A stretch of 43,709 nt of DNA from a virus (Duplodnaviria > Caudoviricetes). Shown here piece after piece: positions 1 through 6,662 of the stretch. A program made the position numbers and the translations under genes. Under the pieces are notes generated by a model, which ran no database searches, had not been told where the DNA came from, and saw only the letters and a program-made list of their open reading frames with translations. The stretch covers positions 1 through 43,709 of IMG/VR virus record IMGVR_UViG_3300010376_000062; one strand, given 5' to 3'. Positions within the stretch are counted from its first letter, which is position 1. Every line of letters starts with the position of its first letter.

Positions 1-123
1 AGCCAGTCGTGGCTGTTCTTGGCGAGGACGACGACGTAGTCGTAGTGCTCGAAGTGCTGGAGGCCCATCTTCCCGTTCGTCGGGTCGAGCGACGAGGTGA
101 GGCCCGGCGCGGGCGCGTCGGTC
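1..123. repeat. Terminal direct repeat (identical to 43587-43709); circular assembly overlap
   Basis: The first 123 nt match the last 123 nt exactly, and an ORF reads through the junction in frame. Confidence 0.97.
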
Positions 124-572
124 GAGGCCTCGGCCTCCTGGCCGAGCGTGTAGAGCAGGTCCTCGAGCGCGACTGTGCCCGGGTGGGTGGTCGCGAGGAG
201 CGCGCTCAGCTCGTCGTGGGCGGCGGTCGCCATCCCGGCGACCGGGTCGAGCGCGAGCAGGAGCAGGTCGGCCTCCTCGTCGGTGACGTCGAGGATGACG
301 GTCGGCCACTCCGCCTGGTGGCCGCGCCGCTCGTGCCCGTCGATCAGCGTCAGCTTGCCGCCGTTCCGTTCCGAGTGGTAGGCGGTCAGGACGCCGGCGA
401 TCCCGACCGACTCCAGCAGCTCGCCGATCGCGGCCTGCTGCGCGTACGGGTGGGTGCGCCAGTTGGCGGTGTTGACGTGCAGCTCGTCGGAGGGGACGCG
501 CCGGAACTCGATGATCCGGTCGCGGATGCCCTCGGCGAGCGCCTCGCCGTTGTCGGCGCGCGGCCGCGGCAT
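1..572 (-). CDS. ParB/Srx-like N-terminal domain protein, 5' part (spans the origin and continues to 43460; 232 aa in total)
   Basis: Missing from the ORF track because it crosses the end. ATG at 572 overlaps the upstream stop (TGATG). Reads MPRPRADNG...ELHVNTANWRTHP...LLESVGIAGVL...LTLIDGHERR, i.e. the ParB-like NxRxH and IDGHxR motifs. Confidence 0.8.
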   Translation of the reverse strand, partial: MPRPRADNGEALAEGIRDRIIEFRRVPSDELHVNTANWRTHPYAQQAAIGELLESVGIAGVLTAYHSERNGGKLTLIDGHERRGHQAEWPTVILDVTDEEADLLLLALDPVAGMATAAHDELSALLATTHPGTVALEDLLYTLGQEAEASTDAPAPGLTSSLDPTNGKMGLQHFEHYDYVVVLAKNSHDW

Positions 573-1525
573 CAGGCCGCGTGCGTCGAGTCGAGGACGT
601 TCCGCACCTGCTCGTAGGCTGTCTCGCGGTCGGGGGCGGCGTCGATGATCGACGCCAGGCGGTCGACGGTCTCGTCGCGGCGCAGCCAGCCGCCGGTCCA
701 GTGGGTGACGCCCTCGCCGAGGCCGACGCTCTCGTCGAACGGCGGCGCCGGCGGCTCGAGGTGCCAGCCGGGGTGCGCGGCGACGAACTCGCGCACGGCG
801 GCGAGCGGGTTATTCCAGGCCCAGTCGCGCTCGGTGCGCGGGCCGTGGTGGCGGGCGGCGAGCTGCATCATGTGCCCGTCCTGGACGACGACGTAGCCGC
901 CGGGCTTGACGAGCGGCGTGTACGCCTCCAGCTCGGCGAGCACGTGCGCCTTCGAGTGGGCGCTGTCGAGGAGCAGCAGCACCGACTCGTCGAGGCCGAT
1001 CAGCTCGGTGACCAGCTTGACCGTTTCCGCCGCGACGGAGTCGCCCTTGACGATCGTCACGTAGTCGCTGAGCTCGTGGGCCATGATCTCGCGCGCGTGG
1101 TCCTGCTCGGGGCTGCGGGGCAGTTCGACGCCGATCACGTTGCCGTGGCCCATCGCGTGGCAGAGGGTCGCGTAGAAGATCAGCGAGCCGCCGTGCGCGA
1201 CGCCCGTCTCGAGGATCACGTCGGGCCTGAGCCGGTAGACCAGTTCCTGGGCGCGGAGCAGATCCTCGGGCAGCTGGATGACCGGGCGGCCGAGCCAGGA
1301 GAACGACCACTGGTACTTGACGTCCCAGGCGACCCTGAGCCAGGCGGTCGCGATCGCTTCGAAGGCGGCCGGGTCGTCGAACGCGTACGTGTGCTCGGTC
1401 TGCCAGCTCGCCTCGCCGGCGGCGCCCTGCCGGGTGACGGTGACGGTGCCGGCGGCCAGGTCGACGTCGAGCCGGCGAAGGTGCCCGAGCTCCGTCTCCG
1501 TCAGGCGATCCGAGTCAAGGTTCAC
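572..1525 (-). CDS. CmcI (cephalosporin hydroxylase)/rhamnosyl O-methyltransferase family SAM-dependent methyltransferase
   Basis: Family motifs SWLGRPVIQLPEDL, PDVILETGVAHGGSL, LLDSAH, GGYVVVQD, NNPLAAV. The GTG start has no SD, so it is uncertain. Confidence 0.88.
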   Translation of the reverse strand: MNLDSDRLTETELGHLRRLDVDLAAGTVTVTRQGAAGEASWQTEHTYAFDDPAAFEAIATAWLRVAWDVKYQWSFSWLGRPVIQLPEDLLRAQELVYRLRPDVILETGVAHGGSLIFYATLCHAMGHGNVIGVELPRSPEQDHAREIMAHELSDYVTIVKGDSVAAETVKLVTELIGLDESVLLLLDSAHSKAHVLAELEAYTPLVKPGGYVVVQDGHMMQLAARHHGPRTERDWAWNNPLAAVREFVAAHPGWHLEPPAPPFDESVGLGEGVTHWTGGWLRRDETVDRLASIIDAAPDRETAYEQVRNVLDSTHAA

Positions 1526-1631
1526 ACGAAGGAGAGTGCCGAAGCACTACGACGGAGCCCGAGCATGTGTCGTCCGAGGAGGCGGCGATGCCACTGGCCA
1601 AAGCGACAGGCGAACCCGACTCGGACGACAC
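1507..1631 (-). ncRNA. Candidate antisense sRNA / structured 5' leader of the leftward operon
   Basis: Starts just downstream of a leftward promoter. Has a 12-bp perfect closing stem (1567-1578/1620-1631) and a minus-strand AGTGC-UUCG-GCACT hairpin (1535-1548). Carries complements of early-gene RBS motifs. Confidence 0.55.
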
Positions 1632-1636
1632 GAGTG

Positions 1637-1666
1637 AGCATAGCGGGCGCCGGCGCGGGGCGTCTA
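1637..1666 (-). promoter_or_regulatory. Leftward sigma70-type promoter
   Basis: Minus strand TAGACG (1666-1661) -18 nt- TATGCT (1642-1637); near-identical hexamers to the rightward promoter. Confidence 0.6.
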
Positions 1667-1760
1667 TGCGGGCTTCGTTGTGTCCGTGCGGAACCCGTTG
1701 AGCACCCGTAAATCTTCCGTTATTCATGCTCAAAAAGGCGTGATTTCCAGGGCTTTTTGC

Positions 1761-1789
1761 TTGACGCCTTGAGCACCTATGGATATGCT
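1761..1789 (+). promoter_or_regulatory. Rightward (early) sigma70-type promoter
   Basis: TTGACG -17 nt- TATGCT in a locally AT-rich patch; predicted start near 1796. Confidence 0.75.
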
Positions 1790-1795
1790 TTGGCT

Positions 1796-2370
1796 ATGGC
1801 CAAAGCAACAGGAAACCCGCTGGAAACACCGGACGTATTGCGCGTGTTTCCTTTGCCGAGGCGGCGAATGGCGTACCAGCACCCACGCAGCGAAGACCGC
1901 ATGGCGGTCGGATTCGGTAGTGCCCGCCCGAACGTTGGGACGGCACCCGGGGAAGCTGTAACGGGCGGGAGCGCTGGCCGGATCGTCGGCCAGCCGCGCC
2001 GCTAGCTCGCAGAACCAGGCCCTTCGGGGAACGCGGCCTCCTGGACAGTCAGATCGAGCGGGACGACGACGTCGCCCGACCGATCGGCCAGTCGCCTGCG
2101 TGCGCGACCGGGATCGTCCCGGAACACGCGTGAGAGACGCCGCGAGGGTTCGCGGAACGGGAAGCGACAGACGGCCGATCGTGACCAGCCCCTTCGGGGG
2201 AGGGCGACGTCCCAGTTCGGCGGCCGGTGCCGCCGAGTCCCGTGACTGTGCTCGCAGCCCGTACGCGGGGAGGGCGAGCGGTAACCGATCCGAAAGGCCG
2301 TGAGAGGGCCTGGCGCCATGCGCGGTTCGACTCCGCCACGGCGCTTCGAGGGGCGCGACTCACGAACGCG
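1796..2370 (+). ncRNA. Candidate large structured RNA (early leader or stand-alone ncRNA)
   Basis: Nested helices, UUCG/UACG/GNRA loops and a T-loop hairpin (GCGG-TTCGACT-CCGC); no convincing ORF. Confidence 0.6.
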
Positions 2371-2406
2371 CGAGATCCGAGTCACACTCACACGAAGGAG
2401 CACGAG

Positions 2407-2673
2407 ATGCAGGAGCCGGACCGCAGCAAGGGGTACGTGAACCCGACGTACACGATCGACGAGCTGGTCGCCTGGGTGAAGGCGTACGCGCTCGAGCACT
2501 ACGAGGACGGCGGCTGGGACGTCGTCGTCGAGGCCTACGAGGACGCCGAGATCGCCGACGTGCTCGGCCAGGTGAACACGACGAAGGGGGCGCTCAAGAA
2601 GTTCGCGCCGCTGATCGACGTCTGGTCGGACCGGCAGGCCGACGCCCGCTACCACGCGTCGCAGGCGGGCTGA
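2407..2673 (+). CDS. Hypothetical protein
   Basis: AAGGAG SD then ATG 2407 (MQEPDRSKG...); phage-typical codon usage. Confidence 0.75.
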   Translation: MQEPDRSKGYVNPTYTIDELVAWVKAYALEHYEDGGWDVVVEAYEDAEIADVLGQVNTTKGALKKFAPLIDVWSDRQADARYHASQAG

Positions 2674-2678
2674 GCGAG

Positions 2679-2918
2679 ATGCTTCGCGAACTCGATCAGC
2701 GCACGAACGAGGGCGTGGTCGTCACGCTCGCCTGGGACGACGTCGACGACGTCGTCGTCCTGCACGTCACGAACCGGGAGGAGACGCTCACGGGCGCCGT
2801 CCCCGCCGAGAAGGCGCTCGACGCCTTCCATCACCCGTTCGTGTACCTGACGCCCGAGTCGGTCGACTGGACGGTGCCGCCCGAGGCGCCGCCGACGCCC
2901 GAGTCGCTGGCCGTCTAG
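2679..2918 (+). CDS. Conserved actinobacterial hypothetical protein (RELDxR...ALDAFHHPF type)
   Basis: Recognisable small-protein pattern; function unknown. Confidence 0.65.
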   Translation: MLRELDQRTNEGVVVTLAWDDVDDVVVLHVTNREETLTGAVPAEKALDAFHHPFVYLTPESVDWTVPPEAPPTPESLAV

Positions 2919-2920
2919 CG

Positions 2921-3002
2921 GACGTTGCGGCTCCCGCCCGTGAGGGCGAGGGGCCGGAGCACCCGCTCCGAGATCCGAGTCAACGCAGTTCACACGAAGG
3001 AG
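2921..3002 (+). repeat. Early intergenic hairpin/RBS cassette, copy 1
   Basis: GACGTT-stem(GTGA loop)-GGAGCACCCGCTCC-GA-GATCCGAGTCA...CACACGAAGGAG. Confidence 0.85.
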
Positions 3003-3008
3003 GCCCAC

Positions 3009-4172
3009 ATGGGCGCAGTTCCGAGGAAGCCGTCGCGCGCGCTGATTCGCGCGGCGGACGTCAAGCCCGAGCGGTTGCAGTTCCTGCTCGACGACCTGGT
3101 CGGGGATCGCTTCCCGAAGGGGTCGATCACGCTGATCGGCGGCCGGCCCGGCCAGGGCAAGTCGCTGGTCACGAACTGGCTGGCCGCCGAGGTCACGCAG
3201 CGCGGCGGCGCGGTCATCATGTCGAACCCGGAGGACCAGCTGGCGTCGATGAAGCTGCCGCGGCTGATGGCCGCGAAGGCGGACACGCGCCTCGTCCACC
3301 TGTGGCCGGGGAAGATGCGGCTGCCGCACGACGTCGAGCTGCTCGAGGAGCTCGTGCTGTTCCACGGCGTCGAGCTGATCACGATCGACCCGATCGCGAA
3401 GCACGTGGGCGGCTCAGACCCGAACACGGCGCTCGAGCCGCTGGCCGCGATGGCCGAGCGGACGGGGGTCGCGGTCGTCGGCGTGCACCACCTGAACAAG
3501 CGGCTGCCGAAGGACGCGCATCCGCAGGAGGCGTTCGGCGGGGCGTCGGGCGGCTGGCTCGGCACCGTGCGCTTCGCGCACGTGCTCGGCCCGACCGGGG
3601 CCGGCGAGGCCGAGACGCGGTTCATGGCGGTCGCGAAGGCGAACGCCGCCGACGATCAGATGCCCGCGGTCGAGTTCTACACGGACATGGTCGAGGTCGA
3701 CATGCCCGACGGCACCGTGGACGAGGCGCCGCGCCTCGTGTTCGTGAACGACTCGGCGCCGGTGCCCGCGGCCGAGGTCGTGCAGTTCAAGGGCGGCGAG
3801 GGGTACAAGGCCGAGAACCCGGAGAAGAAGGCGGTCGCGTCCGAGTTCCTGGCGCTGCTGCTCTTGCAGGCCGCCAAGGAGGGCCGCGAGGTCCCCGCGA
3901 AGGAGGTCTTCGACAAGGCGGCCGAGCACGGCGTCTCGAAGATGACCGTCCGCCGCGCGGCCGACGACCTGGACGTGAAGAAGCGCCGCGTCGGGTTCGG
4001 GCCGGGGAGCTACCTCGTCTGGGAGCTGCCGGAGGATCACCCGCTGCTCCGCACGATCGGGCCGAAGACCGAGAAGGCCAAGCCGGTCCGCGGCGAGGTG
4101 CTCGACGGCCAGATGGACGTCGACGAGGTGCTGCGGCAGATCCTGGAGGAGGCGGACGAAGATGCAGCCTGA
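3009..4172 (+). CDS. RecA-fold AAA ATPase (AAA_25/RepA-like helicase)
   Basis: Walker A GRPGQGKS, Walker B LITIDP, VVGVHHLNK motif; SD AAGGAGG before ATG 3009. Confidence 0.82.
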   Translation: MGAVPRKPSRALIRAADVKPERLQFLLDDLVGDRFPKGSITLIGGRPGQGKSLVTNWLAAEVTQRGGAVIMSNPEDQLASMKLPRLMAAKADTRLVHLWPGKMRLPHDVELLEELVLFHGVELITIDPIAKHVGGSDPNTALEPLAAMAERTGVAVVGVHHLNKRLPKDAHPQEAFGGASGGWLGTVRFAHVLGPTGAGEAETRFMAVAKANAADDQMPAVEFYTDMVEVDMPDGTVDEAPRLVFVNDSAPVPAAEVVQFKGGEGYKAENPEKKAVASEFLALLLLQAAKEGREVPAKEVFDKAAEHGVSKMTVRRAADDLDVKKRRVGFGPGSYLVWELPEDHPLLRTIGPKTEKAKPVRGEVLDGQMDVDEVLRQILEEADEDAA

Positions 4173-4650
4173 CGAGATCGTCGTCCCGGACGTGTTCGGT
4201 GAGATCACGGGCTTCCGGGCCTGGAAGATCCTGGGCACGCGGAAGCTGCCGCTGCTCGGGTCGGCCACGCACAAGGGCACCGTCTGGCACCCGGACCGCT
4301 GGACGCACGCGACCTGCGGCGGCGAGACGGTCTGCCACCGCTCGCCCGACCGGCGGGTGCCGGGCGAGAGCTGCGCGTGTGGGATGTACGCCGCCCGCGA
4401 TCGCCGCCACCTGTCGGGCATGTCGTACGTGCGCGAGCACGACGAGCACCCGGTGCTGATCGGCGAGGTCGGGCTCGCCGGGAAGGTGATCGAGGGTCCG
4501 CAGGGCTGGAAGGCCGAGCGCGCCCGCATCAAGCGGCTGTACGTGCCGTTCCACCACTACCGCTGGATCGAGCCGCTGGCGGCGCTCTACCAGGTGCCCG
4601 TGCTGCCCGACAACGTCCGCAGCGCAACGTCGAGCCTCGAAGGGAGGTGA
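4162..4650 (+). CDS. Phage hypothetical protein with Cys/His cluster
   Basis: GFRAW...ATC...CACGMYA...GKVIEGPQGWKAERARI; overlaps the upstream stop. Confidence 0.7.
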   Translation: MQPDEIVVPDVFGEITGFRAWKILGTRKLPLLGSATHKGTVWHPDRWTHATCGGETVCHRSPDRRVPGESCACGMYAARDRRHLSGMSYVREHDEHPVLIGEVGLAGKVIEGPQGWKAERARIKRLYVPFHHYRWIEPLAALYQVPVLPDNVRSATSSLEGR

Positions 4651-4655
4651 ACGAG

Positions 4656-4784
4656 ATGGAGATTGGCGAGCCGCAGAAGACGATCATCGTCGAGCCGCTC
4701 GAGGATCCGTTCGAGACGCCCGCACCGGCGCCCGAGCGCACGCCCGAGCCGGTGCCGGTCGAGCCGGAGAAGGTGCCCGCGTAA
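4656..4784 (+). CDS. Small Pro/Glu-rich protein
   Basis: GGAGG SD, MEIGEPQKTIIVEP... Confidence 0.65.
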   Translation: MEIGEPQKTIIVEPLEDPFETPAPAPERTPEPVPVEPEKVPA

Positions 4785-4803
4785 GCGGGCACCTCGCATA
4801 CCG

Positions 4804-4848
4804 CATACCTGCTCACCTTGCGTCGCCGCGCCAGGTTGAGCACCTATG
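4804..4848 (+). promoter_or_regulatory. 45-bp bipartite site, copy 1
   Basis: CATA-CCT-GCTCA N21 TGAGC-ACC-TATG. Confidence 0.75.
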
Positions 4849-4858
4849 AGAGAGGAGC

Positions 4859-5428
4859 GTGATGGCGGAAGAGCGGAGACGCCCGATCTCGTTCGGCGAC
4901 ATGCACACGCCGGGCGGGTACAAGAACGGCGAGGTCGCGTCGGCGCTGCAGAAGGCGATCCGGCGCGGGAACGAACGCGAGGCCCTCTTCTGGGCGTCGG
5001 AGCTCGACCTGGCCGGGTACGGCGGCTACGTCTGGAAGCGGCTGCGGATCATCGCCTCCGAGGACGTCGGGCTGGCCGACACGGAGGCGGTGCTCGCCGT
5101 GCACGCGCTCTGGCAGTCGTGGCTGGAGCACAAGAAGGCGACGAAGGAGAGCGAGCCGCTGCATCTCCTGCACGCCGTCTGCCTGCTCGCCAGAGCGAAG
5201 AAGTCGGGAGTCGTCGTGCACGCCTGGATGGCGTTCTACGAGGGCGACCGGCAGGCGATGGGAATGGAGATCCCCGACCACGCGCTCGACATGCACACCG
5301 CGCGCGGCCGCAGGATGGGGAGAGGGAAGCAGCACTTCCTGGACGACGCCGGGCAGCTCGCGAACGAGACGCTCGAGGATCCGTACTTCGCCGAGGGCGC
5401 CTCGGCGTGGATCAAGTCGAAGGGTTGA
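4859..5428 (+). CDS. Stand-alone MgsA/RarA C-terminal-like helical domain protein
   Basis: SALQKAIRRG...ALFWA...VWKRLRIIASEDVGLAD matches the post-AAA region of RarA; no Walker motifs present. Confidence 0.75.
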   Translation: MMAEERRRPISFGDMHTPGGYKNGEVASALQKAIRRGNEREALFWASELDLAGYGGYVWKRLRIIASEDVGLADTEAVLAVHALWQSWLEHKKATKESEPLHLLHAVCLLARAKKSGVVVHAWMAFYEGDRQAMGMEIPDHALDMHTARGRRMGRGKQHFLDDAGQLANETLEDPYFAEGASAWIKSKG

Positions 5429-5490
5429 CGTTGCCGGTCCCGCCCGCAAGGGCGAGGGCCGGGAGCAGCAGCCGCTGTTCCAGAAAGGAG
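5426..5490 (+). repeat. Early intergenic hairpin cassette, copy 2
   Basis: TGACGTT-stem(GCAA loop)-GGAGCAGC-AGCC-GCTGTTCC-AGAAAGGAG; lacks GATCCGAGTCA. Confidence 0.8.
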
Positions 5491-5495
5491 GACGC

Positions 5496-5732
5496 ATGAA
5501 GACCCTGATGATCGTCAGCCTGAGCGTCGCGCTCTCCGTCGCGATCAGCGTGCCCGCCACGCTCGCGCTCGGTCGCGCGCCGGCGCGCGCCGTCACGACG
5601 GCCGTCAAGACGCCGTCGTACGTGCCGCAGGTGATGGACGAGTACGAGAACTGGTGCGACCCGAACGCACGCGTCGCCCCGTTCCCTGGCGGCCCGCTGA
5701 TCTGCCCGGCGAGCCTGCACTTCACCCGCTGA
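5496..5732 (+). CDS. Small secreted/membrane protein
   Basis: N-terminal basic residue plus hydrophobic stretch; two Cys; strong SD. Confidence 0.65.
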   Translation: MKTLMIVSLSVALSVAISVPATLALGRAPARAVTTAVKTPSYVPQVMDEYENWCDPNARVAPFPGGPLICPASLHFTR

Positions 5733-5805
5733 TGTTGCCGGTCCGCCCGCAGGGGTAGGGCCGGGAGCACCCGCTCCGAGATCCGAGTCAACCGAACGAA
5801 GGAGG
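5730..5805 (+). repeat. Early intergenic hairpin/RBS cassette, copy 3
   Basis: TGATGTT-stem-GGAGCACCCGCTCC-GA-GATCCGAGTCA-ACCGA-ACGAAGGAGG. Confidence 0.85.
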
Positions 5806-5810
5806 ACGAG

Positions 5811-6662
5811 ATGGCTGAGAAGCCGTCGAGCCAGCCGCTGCCGGCGAACGGGCGCAAGCTCACGATCGGCTTCGGGCTGGTGAACGTGGCAGTGACGATG
5901 AAGTCGCTGACTGACAACAACCGGCCGGTGCCGGGGAAGGGGCTGTGCGCCGAGCACGGCGACTCGCTCGCGAGCGTCAGCCTGTGCAGCGCCGGGACCG
6001 AGCACGAGCACGTGGTCGCCTACGCGGAGAAGCTCACGGGCTACCCGCATCCGGACGAGCCGGGCCGCCTGGTCGTCGTCGACCCGGCGACCGTCAAGAG
6101 CCTCGCCGAGGCGACCGACGGGCGGGGCGCGATCGTGCGCGTCGTCGACGCCGCCGAGATCGATTCGGCGTACACGGAGAAGGCGTTCCTCGTCTACCCG
6201 CAGGCCGGGCAGGAGCAGGCGTTCGACCTGCTCGCCGCGCTGCTGCGGGCCGAGGGCAAGGCGGCGCTCGTCGAGGTCGTGATGAGCAAGCAGACCGAGA
6301 CGCTCGCCGTCCGCTGGCACGCCGAGCTGGACGTGCTCGTCGCGGAGACGATCCGCTACGAGCAGAAGATCCGGCACGCCGACGCCGAGCTGATCCGCCG
6401 CGCCGCGGACACGCGGCCCGCCGTCGACGAGCGGATGCTCGCGGCCGCGAAGCCGCTGCTCGACTCGCTCGCCGGCGTCTTCGACGCGAGCGAGGCCCAG
6501 GACACCTGGACGCCGCTGATGCAGGACGCGATCCGGGCGGCCGACAAGGGCGAGACGTTCGAGGCCCCGGCCGCACCGGCCGAGACGCCGGTGATCGACC
6601 TGATGGCCGCGATCCAGGCGTCGGTCGAGGCGAGCAAGCAGGCCGAGGAGGTGGCGGCATGA
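5811..6662 (+). CDS. ku: Ku DNA end-binding protein (NHEJ)
   Basis: LTIGFGLVNVAV N-terminal Ku signature; C-terminal VIDLMAAIQASV. Confidence 0.82.
   Translation: MAEKPSSQPLPANGRKLTIGFGLVNVAVTMKSLTDNNRPVPGKGLCAEHGDSLASVSLCSAGTEHEHVVAYAEKLTGYPHPDEPGRLVVVDPATVKSLAEATDGRGAIVRVVDAAEIDSAYTEKAFLVYPQAGQEQAFDLLAALLRAEGKAALVEVVMSKQTETLAVRWHAELDVLVAETIRYEQKIRHADAELIRRAADTRPAVDERMLAAAKPLLDSLAGVFDASEAQDTWTPLMQDAIRAADKGETFEAPAAPAETPVIDLMAAIQASVEASKQAEEVAA

Noticed and set aside
1757-2005. 82-aa ORF (or 69 aa from ATG 1796) as a protein gene
   Set aside because: The annotated start lies within the promoter, codon usage is atypical and it overlaps strong RNA helices; a leader peptide cannot be excluded.
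2266-2345. tRNA gene suggested by GGTTCGACTCC
   Set aside because: The strand that pairs with the 3' side lies immediately before the T-stem; no D-arm/anticodon cloverleaf or terminal CCA can be built. Kept only as a T-loop hairpin.
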